A stretch of DNA of 63,974 bases, filler included, from Neolecta irregularis DAH-3 (Eukaryota), in the NCBI GenBank assembly GCA_001929475.1. It is 10 parts of 10 records of this genome, joined end to end, with 100 filler letters (N's around TTAATTAATTAA, not from the genome) between each part and the next. Parts side by side here need not be neighbours in the genome. Positions count along the whole stretch, not along the records: positions 50,631 to 56,515 come from LXFE01003904.1; positions 56,616 to 58,755 come from LXFE01003912.1; positions 58,856 to 59,966 come from LXFE01003931.1; positions 60,067 to 61,212 come from LXFE01003934.1; positions 61,313 to 62,330 come from LXFE01003939.1; positions 62,431 to 63,974 come from LXFE01003953.1; 4 more parts are not named here. The stretch is one strand, 5' to 3'. How positions within the stretch are numbered: position 1 is the first letter of the stretch; every line of letters starts with the position of its first letter. The notes below the pieces were generated by a model. That model made no database searches, had not been told where the DNA came from, and saw nothing but the letters and a program-made list of their open reading frames with translations. The translations under genes were made by a program, and so were the position numbers. Positions 53,257 through 63,974 of the stretch are shown piece after piece.

Positions 53257-55999
53257 TTAAACTCCAGTTGCATTCCCCTGCTTCACTACGCCCTCATTTA
53301 AATAAATATTGCGATTCTCCATGGTTTCAATAAGGGTGTTTTCGAATCCAGGAACCTTTTCCAAACTAGAAAGACTGGTTGTGATGAATTTTGCGTCCTC
53401 GACTAGACTATAATTAGTCTTCCTATTAAAACAGAACGCACATGGATTTTTCTTCAGCACAGGAAATAGGAACCTGAGAAAACGCTTCCACCAGTTTTGA
53501 CGTGTAAAGCTGGAATACCCGACTCATGATCGACTTGATGTTAGTAGAGCAAACGTAGAGTGCCGCACGACTCGTGTATCTTCTGACAGGTACCGAGAAA
53601 GCACCCGATGGAGAGTAGAGGTCTCCTTCACCAATATCTGAGCGTATGCATTGTTTTTTCCAATGGAAGCTGAGGAGGCCCATTCCTTCGACATCATCGT
53701 TTTACAATGAGCTTGTAATCGGTCTCCCATTATTGAAACCAACTTGGCATGGATTTCTTCTTGGTGTTCTTGTAATGTCTGCAATCAGTACATACCAAGT
53801 GAGCAGCATTATACGCGTTTCACCCGATCAAACTCGGAGAGAGCAGATGTATTATTGAGATACCGACGAAAGAATTCACGAGTATAAGGAACCAGCGCGA
53901 CTACTGCCCCGAGTGACTGTGATGCTAAAGCGAGATGTTTTGCTGTAATGGATTTTAACCCTGCCGCTTTGGTGGCACCTGCTCCTAGAATCATTTGACA
54001 TATGCGCGAGTTGAAGAGTTTAAGAATCTCGATCATGTTTGATGCGATTTCAGCGACATGTGGAGTGAGTGTTTGGGATAGCTGTTGGTACTCTTGCAGC
54101 ACGAAGAGCAAGTTCAACAAGGACGAGGATACAAAATATCTTTGCTCGTCCACTAGGATATGCTGTATTTTAGAATCGGAGGTTGGCTTGAGTATCTCGG
54201 TCGAATGGTCCGAGGTAGCCGCGTGCACTAAAAATTGCACAATCTCTTGATGATGTAGAGGAGTTTCTTGCAATGCCCATTGATCAGTATCGATTACTTT
54301 GGCCAGAATATTTAAACGGTCCTTGTGCAATGTTGTAAGGAACAATCGAGCCAAAGATTAGTCGGGCAGACGCAGCATATACCTGAGACGTGACTTCGAC
54401 TTGAAGTAGTGTACCTGGACGGCCAGAGAAGGATTCGCATTCCGCGATGAAGCTGGCGCTGATGGTGTAGAGACGGGTGAACTCTGGGATTCCGAATTTT
54501 TCATTCTGATCGGCCCTGACTGCGAGGATTTTGGTGATACGACCCTGGGCGGTATCTACTGTTGATCCTACGATGTCGTTGAGAGAGACTGGCACACGAG
54601 CTGTTTCTGTGCCGTTGGGGGTAGCTAATGCAGCGAGAGCAGGGTCAATGTCTGTTGAGGTGAGATCGAGTAATAGCTTTTCGTGAGCGGCGATACGTCG
54701 CACGAATTCGCAAGTGAGGGTATAAATGGTGGCCAACATTGTATTGTAGCTTGAAGGAGGCATATTTCGGAGGCTCTGTGCAAGGGCTATGGATTTATCT
54801 GCGGTTGTGCGAGAGGCGACGGTGCTGTCGTTTGAGTCCGAGTCTTCTGGGGGGAGATGCTAATGATTAGAGACATGGGGGGAAAGGGCTAGAATTACAT
54901 TTTTGACTATTAATTTGGCTTCTCGGACTACGGCCTCTCTGTATGACTGGGTTGCCTTGTCGACGAAACCGACGAGATGGAGGAGGTCGAGGTATTGTTT
55001 GATTTGATCACGCAGAGTATCTGAGAAGCGGTGGTAGTCCAAGGAGGGGCGGGGGGAGGTGACTGTGGTGTCTGGAGGTGGGTGTTTGAGGTTATTGTTT
55101 ATGTCTTGGAGGAGGGTGTTTATGAAATTGTCCTGGAGGATTTTTGCAGCTTTTAAGCGCAAGCGGTGCATGTCATGGTCTATATTTGACAGGGCATTTA
55201 CATTTCGGAGGTGTGAGTGGAAGTCAAGGTCGAGTGCGAGGGTGTGGAGGAGTTTGAGGGAGGCTGTTACGTCTGAGCGATCTAGGGCGAGCTGGATGAG
55301 ATGGAGACGTGAGCAGAGGGAGTGGATGCGGGCGATGTAGGAGGCGAGAGTGGCGATGTTTGCGGATTTGCGTTTGAGGCGAAGGAGGTGGAGGTTTGGT
55401 TGGGCATGAACATTGTGAAGGAGGGCGAGTTGCTGGCGCAGGTTGTGGATTGAGGCGATGCAATGGGCGGATTCTGCTTCGAGGGCGCGGAGGCCTTCGA
55501 GGGCTGAGAAGAAAGAGGTGCTTGTAGAGCCTATTTCGTTGATGAGGCTGATTTCGACGGTATCGAGATACCAGGAGAGTTTCTCCTGGAGGACGATGTT
55601 GTTTGCGAGGAGTTTTTTGGGGGGAGAAGAGGGAGATCGGAGGACCTGGGTGTGATCTGTAACGGCGGCAAAGATGCGTGGATTTTCGAGGCGAAAGTCT
55701 TGATCAAAGAAGACGGGAGGGACAGCAGATATTGAAGGAGGGATTGCATGAGTGGAAGGTGTATGAATGGAAGGCGTGTGAGTGGAAGGAGGGTTATTAG
55801 ATGAGAGAGGGAGGGAATCTGTGGATGAAAAAGGCGAAGGTTCTGGCCGGGGTAGGTGGAGGGAGCGGTAGCGGGAGTGCTGGGCAGCGAGGGTTGCAAT
55901 GTACGGCGCAAAGAGCGAGGGCGAGATGTGCGGGACCGGGGAAAGTGCGACTGGTGGAATGAACGAAGGTTGTGCAGTGCATGGGGCAACAGTGCTCAC
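53257..55999 (-). CDS. VPS54: GARP subunit Vps54 (start codon not located)
   Basis: VFFDQDFRLENPRIF, LQEKLSWYLDTVE, FNSRICQMILGAGATKAAGLKSITAKHLALASQ, KETSTLHRVL. Confidence 0.92.
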
Positions 56000-56014
56000 G
56001 GGCAGGGCAGCAGT

Positions 56015-56515
56015 GGAAGTAGAAGTAGAAGTAGAATCCAGAGTGAGTAGTAGTACGGGTAGCTGTTAGAGTGGTGGGTTGATACTGAGGAGAGGAGAGT
56101 TGAGTACCGATAGCAAGTACTGGATAGGGGAGAGTACTGATACTGAGTAGTGGGAGTAGTGGAGTAGATACTGAGAGTGAGGGCGAGGGTGAGTAAAGTA
56201 CTGAGTATACTACTGTAGAGTAGTGGTGAGTGTGAGTGTAGAGTACTGCTACTGGAGCCCGTTGTAGAGTAGAATACTGTGTATACTACTGGAGAGTAAT
56301 AGGAGAGCACCGGGGTAGAGAACTGATACTGAGTAGGGAAGCACAGAGTATACTAAAGGTTCGAGTAGTAGAATTAGACTGAAGGGTAGTGGTTCCAACT
56401 CGAAAGTAGTGGGGTTAGAGAAGTGTGGTTAGAAGGAAGCACTGATGCTGACACACTGATACTAATACTGATATGATATTGATACAGATACTCGAATCGG
56501 AATATAAGACTTATA
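56015..56515. repeat. Low-complexity GAGTAG/TACTG-rich repeat element, possible LTR or satellite
   Basis: Strong AGT/ACT periodic composition, with a second copy at 50631. Confidence 0.6.
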
Positions 56516-56765
56516 NNNNNNNNNNNNNNNNNNNNNNNNNNNNNNNNNNNNNNNNNNNNTTAATTAATTAANNNNNNNNNNNNNNNNNNNNNNNNNNNNN
56601 NNNNNNNNNNNNNNNCAACAAGATTTGGAGGATATTAAAAAATATCGAAAGAGGCGGAGGTGACCGGTTGTAAGCGGTGACTAGATGGTATTGTAGCGGA
56701 TGACAGGATGATTGTAGCGGAAGACAGGATTATGCGGATGACTAGGATGGTATTANNNNNNNNNN

Positions 56766-57251
56766 ACATTATGGCAAGAGACCCAAGCCTTTGCAAAACA
56801 GCATCCCGAAGCGGTAGCAGAGGGCAACTCTGTTGATTTTCTGGTGGATGATCACAAGGGTCTTGAAGGAAAATACAACCTCTGCCACTTTTGGTCCAAT
56901 TTTGAGGTTTTTCTCTCCAAGGATGATCCTCATGTGTAGATTGGGGATATGCGGTTCTGGAGGAGTGATGCGTATGTGAAATATTTTGAACATCTAGACA
57001 AGGCTGGTGGATTTTTCTATGAGCGAATAGGGGATGCGCCGGTGCATTCTATTGCTGCAGCGTTGTTCCTGAAGAAGGAGAGGATTCATTGGTTTGAAGA
57101 TATTGGCTACTGGCACGTTCCATGGGGCCATTGTCCTGCGAATGAGGAACTTCATGCAAGCGGGAAATGTCTCTGTGATCGCAAGGAGAGTTTTGACCGG
57201 GAGGGGTATAGTTGCTGGCCGAAATGGGCCAAGATGATGGGAATGGAGTAG
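56766..57251 (+). CDS. GT15 alpha-1,2-mannosyltransferase (Kre2/Ktr family), 3' part
   Basis: YNLCHFWSNFEI, LDKAGGFFYERIGDAPVHSIAAALF. Confidence 0.92.
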
Positions 57252-57313
57252 TTTCCGATAAATATAGTGTGGCGGAAACTTCATTCCCCGCAGCGGGATC
57301 GTCCACCCAAACC

Positions 57314-57989
57314 ATGACCGCGAATACTCCGCCTACGTCTCCATCGTCTACATCCAGTGCGCCACCTCGTAAATCCACAGCGCGGGATCTCGCATTAATC
57401 TCGCGCGAACTGGAATCCATAAACACTCGTTTCGAAAAAGATGTGGAAGGACACTTTCGAGCGAATATCGCCCAGCTTCAATCCGAGCTTTTATCGCTCA
57501 ACGACGGAACACACCCTGAATACCTGGCCGAGATTGAGCTAGTTGAAAAGACGCGGGACGATGAATTGGAAAATGTCGATTTCGAGTACGAGTATAAGCT
57601 CCATCGGGCCAAGGTAGAATACGAAGAAGAAATCGAGAGCGCGAATGAAGAATATCAGGTATGCCGGGGGTTCAAGTAGTATCTAAACGCAGACTTTGAT
57701 TCAAACGCTAAAGTCTACAATATCAACACATCTATGTGACCGCCGACGAAAGCTACGTGAAGAGCGCGATACAGGAGATTTAACCAATATCCACGATCCA
57801 GTTCTGCTATCACCTGAAAAGGTGCGCAAATTACGAAAGAGGGGGGGAGCGAGCACGGGGTTTCGAAGGGGGTATTATAATGACGGTGACGGCAAAAAGA
57901 TTGCATTTAATCCGCCGAAAAAGGCGGACGAGAGGCAAGTTCAACAAGATTTGGAGGATATTAAAAAATATCGAAAGAGGCGGAGGTGA
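57314..57989 (+). CDS. Sds3-family Sin3/Rpd3L subunit
   Basis: LQSELLSLNDGTHPEYL...RRRKLREERD. One intron. Confidence 0.7.
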
Positions 57990-58109
57990 CCGGTTGTAAG
58001 CGGTGACAGGATTATGATTGTAGCGGATGACAGGATGATTGTAGCGGAAGACAGGATTATGCGGATGACTAGGATGGTATTATGTAAATAGATTTCATTA
58101 ATATAGCAT

Positions 58110-58755
58110 TTAGGCGATAAATGGAAACATTGCTTTTCGAGATTTTGGGTAGTGTTTGAACTCTGTTTTGTATCGTTGATGTTTCTAGCGAGTGAGTGGG
58201 GAAGGAGGGGTAGCTACCTTTGCGGCCCACAGGTACATTTGAGCAGTGGAAACGACAAGAAAGAGGTGGGCTGGGAGTAAGTAGGGGATGTACAAGAGCG
58301 TACCGGCCCAGGATCTTGTGAGGAGGGAGAATGATAGCCAAGCGAGGAATTCGAAAAAGTAGTTTGGGCAGGAAACGAGATCAAAGCCGTAGCCGGATGG
58401 AATCTTTCGCTGTGTAGAGCCCTGCGGACGCAGGTTTTTGAGAGCGAGGTGGGTGAGGAAGTTTGAGATTTGGGCAAACTAGAGATTGGAAAGGAAAGGG
58501 AGAAAGCGTACGGTCCACAGGGCGACGCAGAAAGCGATAGTGGGGGCCGGGGTGTTCCGTGGACGGTATATCCAGTAGGCGAGGTTGAGGCCGCAGAGGA
58601 GATGGTAGTGGGCCGAGTTTTTAAAGATATTGAGGAGGGGCATTGTGGGGGAGGAGAAGCGATGGACGAAGAGCGACTCGTACTCACGTTTGAGGAAATG
58701 GAGCATGACGAGGAGGAACGCGGCCCTGCAAGTCAGGACCGACAAGCGGGGGGGG
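58110..58755 (-). CDS. TSC13: Very-long-chain enoyl-CoA reductase Tsc13, 3' part
   Basis: [55 protein letters not shown]. Confidence 0.9.
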
Positions 58756-58855
58756 NNNNNNNNNNNNNNNNNNNNNNNNNNNNNNNNNNNNNNNNNNNNT
58801 TAATTAATTAANNNNNNNNNNNNNNNNNNNNNNNNNNNNNNNNNNNNNNNNNNNN

Positions 58856-59966
58856 AAGCACTGGAGAAATTTAGGCCATTGTTACATGGAGCCAGGTTTA
58901 TAATCCGGACCGATCACAAAGTACTTCAGTATATTCTGAAGCAACCGAAACTAAATCCAAAGCAGATTCGAATACTAGCATTCATGGCAGAATTCTCAGA
59001 CTTCGAAGTTGAGTACATCCCAGGAGCTGCAAACCTTGTGGCAGATGCACTCTCTAGAAAATCAGAATTCGAATATCTAGCCGTAACATTAGAGAATGAT
59101 GAAGCATGGATGGACAAAGTTTGGCAATCACTTGTGCATTCGGACTGGAAAGACACCTGGACAANNNNNNNNNNGAATATCTAGCCGTAACATTAGAGAA
59201 CAATGAAGCATGGATGGACAAAGTTTGGCAATCACTTGTGCATTCGGACTGGAAAGACACCTGGACAAAATTTTTAAAAGGAATACCAGTTGAGGACTTC
59301 GAGGTATAGGATGGACTGCTCCTGAAAGATAATTGTGTTTGTACCCCGGAAAACTGTACTCTGGAGTTGCTGAAAGCATATCACGATGATCCATCGAGCG
59401 GCCACCCTGGACCCAGAAAAATGCTAGCCTCGCTGGTCAAAAATATTTATTAGAAAAAGATGTCAACGCAAGTCGAAGACTTCTGTAACTCCTGCATTGT
59501 ATGTGCTAAAATAAAAGCAGATACAAGAAAGAAAGCTGGACTACTGAAACCCCTTGATATCCCAGACAAACTCTGGGCAGAGATCACCATGGATTTCATC
59601 ACAGGACTACCATTAATAGGAGAGTATGACGCGATTCTGACTATCGTGGACAGGGCTACTAGGAGGTGCCACTTTTGGCCTTCGAGAACCACCTGTTCAG
59701 CAAAGGACCTCGCGAGAGTCTTATTAAATCGGTACTACCCTCTCCATGGTATCCTGAAATCAATTATATCGGATCGAGGACCTCAGTTTGACTCAAAATT
59801 CTGGCAAGAGTTTTGGAAGCTAATAGGTATGGACATCAAACTTTCTACGGCCTACCACCCACAAATAGATGGTTTATCAGAAAGGATGAACCTGGTGGTG
59901 GAAGATTACCTAAAGACATTTATAGGTAAGTCAGCTGACTGGGTAACTTTGCTGGGAATGGCAGAG
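58856..59966 (+). mobile_element. Ty3/Gypsy LTR-retrotransposon pol fragment (RNase H end plus integrase), with stops
   Basis: FIIRTDHKVL, YIPGAANLVADALSR, HDDPSSGHPG, CIVC, MDFITGLP, ISDRGPQF, STAYHPQIDGLSER. Two in-frame TAGs. Confidence 0.93.
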
Positions 59967-60719
59967 NNNNNNNNNNNNNNNNNNNNNNNNNNNNNNNNNN
60001 NNNNNNNNNNTTAATTAATTAANNNNNNNNNNNNNNNNNNNNNNNNNNNNNNNNNNNNNNNNNNNNCCCACCCTCTGGCCTCTTATCACCTGTTATCACC
60101 TGCCGTCCTTGCCTGCTATCGCCCGCCCACCTCGTCCGTTACTACTCCCCGTCCTGATCCGTTATCATCCCTGTCCTTTCACCTGTTACTGCCCGCCCTC
60201 CTCGCCATCGCCGCTAGCCGCCCCCTCCACCTCAACCTTCTCGTCCTTTATCGCCCCACCCTCTCGCCCTTTACTGCCCGCCCTTAGTATGTAAAGGCTC
60301 ACGCCCAGGGACAACAACAGCCCAGGGTTTTGCATTGGTGACCAAATCTAGGTGCTGATGCAGCTCGAGTCTTGCAGATGGATCATAGGACAGCATGCTT
60401 GGGGGTACCAGGGGCCATTCTCCCAGCATATATGTTGACATGCTCTCTGCTACTTAACAGGATGAGCCTAATGGGGACTCTGGATATGTGGGCAGTGGTG
60501 TGTGATGAGAGAGCCTATAGCAAGTAGTTCCTTTGCCTAAAGGCTAATGTCATATATTATTTTTGAATATCTTTTAGAATATATCAATGTTGAGATTAGT
60601 CTGGGAATAATTGCCACTATAATCTGCTACTACAAAGTATAGATAGTATCTCAATGTGTAATACTTTGGCACTAATGCCATGAATAGTTTCATATGGACC
60701 CATGGGCTTAGGGTTAGCT

Positions 60720-60830
60720 TTCGACCAAATTATTGAATTCGATTCGATTCCAAAAATATGGACTGAATCCAAATATGGATTCAGATTCATGAATCCATAT
60801 CGAATCTGATACGGATTCTATGCATCACTG
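60720..60830 (-). mobile_element. Putative hAT/MITE-type transposon end
   Basis: Reverse strand begins CAGTGATGCAT, followed by dense GAATCC/GATTC subterminal repeats in both orientations. Confidence 0.45.
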
Positions 60831-61399
60831 ATATTGAAGGTGTCCAGTCTTGAAAAATTGAAAAATTTGCTGTGGTAAGATTGCTAGAATCCATATTGAT
60901 AATTGGAATTAACATTTCAATATAATGATATCTCTTGGGATAACAGAGATAATTTCTGGTAGATATATTTAGAAAATATTCAATGTCTCATTAAAAGTCT
61001 TAAACAGTCAAGTCTATTCAAGTCCAAACAAGCAAGTCTGATCATATGAAGAATTTCGGCCACCTATACAGTCAGCACACAACCTTAGGTTGAGCACTGA
61101 TGTGGACTTAGGTTGGATATGCTGCTGTAGATACTGCTAAAGAGTGATATTGAATATCAGGTCAAAGCCTAGCCAGCTAATCTGGCTGGGCGCTACTTAT
61201 GTACAGAGTCGCNNNNNNNNNNNNNNNNNNNNNNNNNNNNNNNNNNNNNNNNNNNNTTAATTAATTAANNNNNNNNNNNNNNNNNNNNNNNNNNNNNNNN
61301 NNNNNNNNNNNNTGAGTTACCGCGTTGCGCACTCGCGTTCCCTCTCACCGCCTTGACCGCTGGCGCTCCATCTCACTGCTTGTCTGATCGCGATCCCTA

Positions 61400-62330
61400 A
61401 AATGCCCCTCCCGCCGCTCCCGTTCCGCCCGCCCTCCCGCCGCACCCGTTCCTCCCGTCACTCCCGTCGCTCCCGTTCCGACTGTCCTCCCGCCACTCCC
61501 GCCGCTCTCGTTCCGCCTGTCCTCCCGCCGCTCCAGTTCCACCTGCCCTCCCGCCGCTCCCGCCACTCCCGTTCCACCCTCCCTGCCGCTCCCGTTCCGC
61601 CAAACCATCCTGTCCCTCCCGCCGCTCCCATTCCACCCATCGCTCCCATCGCTCTCGCCTCTACCGTTCTGCCTATCGCTCCCGCCGCTCCCTTTCCACC
61701 CGCCGCTTCTATTCCACCCATCGCTCCCGCCTCTCCCGTTCCGCCCGCCCGCCTTCCTCGTCCCGCCCGTCTCGCCAGTCCTGCTCGTCTCGCCCATCTT
61801 GCTCGTCCCGTCCGTCCAGCCTGACTCACTCGTCTCCCCCGTCTCGTACCACTCTCCCGCCCCGCCCGACTCGCTCCTTCCCGCCAGACTGTCCCTTCGC
61901 CCGTCACGCCGTCTTGCCCTCGTTTGTCCTGTCCGCCTCGTATGTCCAGCCTGCCCCGCCTGCCCCGCCCGCCTCGCTCGTCCCGCCCGACTCTCCCCAC
62001 TCGCCCTCCTCGCCCTCCTCGCTCCTCCAGCTCGTCACGTCCCACTTGCCCATCCCTCCCGCCCGCTTCGCCTGTCCCGCCCGCCTCGCTCGACTCGCTC
62101 GTCCCGCCAATCTCGCCCGTCTTGCCCTCACTTTTCCCGTCCGCCTCGCTTATCCCACCCGCCCTGAGNNNNNNNNNNGACTCTCTCCTTCCCTCCCCAC
62201 TGTCCCTTCGCCCGTCACGCCCGTCTTGCCCTCGTTTGTCCTGTCCGCCTCGTTTGTCCAGCCCGCCCCGCCCGCCTCGCTCGTCCCGCCCGACTCTCCC
62301 CACTCGCCCTCCTCGCCCTCCTCGCTCCTC
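61400..62330. repeat. C-rich low-complexity repeat (CCCGCCGCT/CTCGCC). Related sequence at 60067-60290
   Basis: Extreme strand bias and internal duplication. The overlapping ORFs are compositional. Confidence 0.85.
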
Positions 62331-62451
62331 NNNNNNNNNNNNNNNNNNNNNNNNNNNNNNNNNNNNNNNNNNNNTTAATTAATTAANNNNNNNNNNNNNN
62401 NNNNNNNNNNNNNNNNNNNNNNNNNNNNNNAATATACAAAGGGAGTGCCTT

Positions 62452-62690
62452 CAAACCTAACATACAGTATATTTCCATCAATCACAAACTGACCTTACAT
62501 ACAGTATATTTCCATCAATCCCAAACTGACCTTACATACAGAATCCCCAAACTGACCTTGCATACAGTAATATTTCCATCAATCCCAAACTGACCTTTCA
62601 GTAATATATCCATCCCCAAACTGACCTTACATACAGTAATATTTCCATCAATCCCCAACTGACCTTTACAGTAATATCCATCAATCCCAT
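62452..62690. repeat. Minisatellite, ~36-38 bp unit (AAACTGACCTTACATACAGTATATTTCCATCAATCCC) x~6-7
   Basis: Degenerate tandem copies seen directly. Confidence 0.9.
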
Positions 62691-62721
62691 TGTTGCAAAC
62701 TTGTACTCCTGCAATTCTCAA

Positions 62722-63507
62722 ATGATACCCAGACGCTCTATTCTGCTTTCAAGTTTACAAAAGACATGGATTCAAAATCGATTCCTTTCAACAGAGTACG
62801 TGCATCCAACTATCATTCTGAACAAGACCTCTGCATGATATCAATTATTATCATCGCATTGCCGATAAGACCATGGATTCCCTGACGCTATCGCTCGAGG
62901 AACTCTTGGACGAAACTGGACAAACTAAATATGATGTCGAGTACTCTGTATCCTCTTTCTCGGACCTGTTGACATTCAGAGCGGTGTGCTCACGTTAAAG
63001 CTTGCCCNNNNNNNNNNTCTATCGCTCGAGGAACTCTTGGACGAAACTGGACAAGCTAAATATGATGTCGAATACTCTGTATCCTCTTTCTCGGACCTGT
63101 TGACATTCAGAGCGGTGTGCTCACGTTAAAGCTTGCCCGCCATGGAACATATGTGATCAACAAACAACCGCCCAATAAGCAAATTTGGCTATCCTCGCCT
63201 ACAAGGTACGTCGTTCGTTTGCAGTTTTACATTGAACCCAGTGGTCCAAAACGGTACGATTGGAAGAACCATCAATGNNNNNNNNNNACAAATTTGGCTA
63301 TCCTCGCCTACAAGGTACGTTCGTTTGCAGTTTTACATTGAACCCAGTGGTCCAAAACGGTACGATTGGAAGAACCATCAATGGATTTACTCTCGCGATA
63401 ATTCTACACTTCAAAATCTGCTCAATACTGAGCTAGGCCGTATATTTCAAAGAGAATTGCAACTTTTGAAAGAACATGACGATCAACATGCTACAAAAGA
63501 TACTTAG
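62722..63507 (+). CDS. YFH1: Frataxin (with assembly-duplicated segments)
   Basis: [48 protein letters not shown]. Confidence 0.93.
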
Positions 63508-63974
63508 GATTTCTCTCGACCTTGGACTCTTAATGCGCTGTCAACAATTCTAAATATTAAACAGGCTGTGAAATAGACTTACTTCATCATACCGACGACT
63601 TTTTCTTCTTCAAGCACACGTCCTACTACTTGAACGCCAACCGGTAATCCGCTCATCTTTTTCGCATCATAGATCTTGTACATATACCAATGAACTACAC
63701 CTTTCCATGAATCATATGCAGCGCTAGTCGTGTCTTTTTCAGTTACTCGGGTTACAGGCACTGATCCAACGGCATAGTCCAGTACATTGTAGAGGAACGT
63801 ACTCGCCGCTACCGGCAGGATATTCGCAGTCTCGTTATGCGGTATGGCGGGAATCGGCATTGTCGGGCAGACAATCCCGTCAATTCCAGCTTCGTTCCAT
63901 TTAGCCGTCCAAAGCTCACGATAAAGGTTCCGTTTATTGGTCCAGCGAAGGAACTCTGCAACAGATTTCGTGCG
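63504..63974 (-). CDS. Amidase-signature enzyme (acetamidase/FAAH-like), 3' part
   Basis: DGIVCPTMPIPA, TFLYNVLDY..GSVPVT, GLPVGVQVVGR..EEEKV. Final exon after a 33-nt intron. Confidence 0.85.

Noticed and set aside
56616-56755. Extra copy of the Sds3 3' end
   Set aside because: Duplicates ~57942-58083 at a contig edge beside a gap; assembly artefact.
61345-62382. Long Pro/Arg/Gly-rich ORFs in several frames
   Set aside because: By-product of stop-poor low-complexity DNA.
62452-62690. CRISPR-like ~37-bp repeats
   Set aside because: No unique spacers, eukaryotic context and no cas genes; a minisatellite.

Overview
Compact, intron-rich fungal (ascomycete) DNA. The gene content, short intergenic distances and ~31-43 nt introns are consistent with an early-diverging Taphrinomycotina such as Neolecta (inference only). 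The window is a concatenation of about 10 contigs joined by artificial N-TTAATTAATTAA-N linkers, so adjacency across linkers means nothing. Most of it is housekeeping genes: Aquarius, Did2, Etr1, GatA, Pfk, Pdb1, Slt11, Erg6, Mrc1, two chitin synthases, an MFS transporter, Uds1, Rid1, a J-protein, Pma1, Mcm5, Cox6, Vps54, a Ktr mannosyltransferase, Sds3, Tsc13, frataxin and an amidase. The most notable region is the 4.76-kb contig at 45771-50530. It has identical 66-bp ends and carries three abutting, intron-retaining, decayed fragments of unrelated host genes (Rcy1/Pof6, Rsa4, RBM5/10-like) next to a tandemly amplified orphan gene for a predicted secreted protein with an NLS-like motif and an acidic tail. 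This is a candidate gene-capturing mobile or tandem unit. Other notable observations are at least 8 GC-AG introns, candidate GT-TG and AT-AG introns with a tight intron length, CACGTG boxes in very short promoters, and a 4-bp stop-codon overlap between convergent genes. All gene calls come from recognising motifs by eye and splicing manually; no database search was run.
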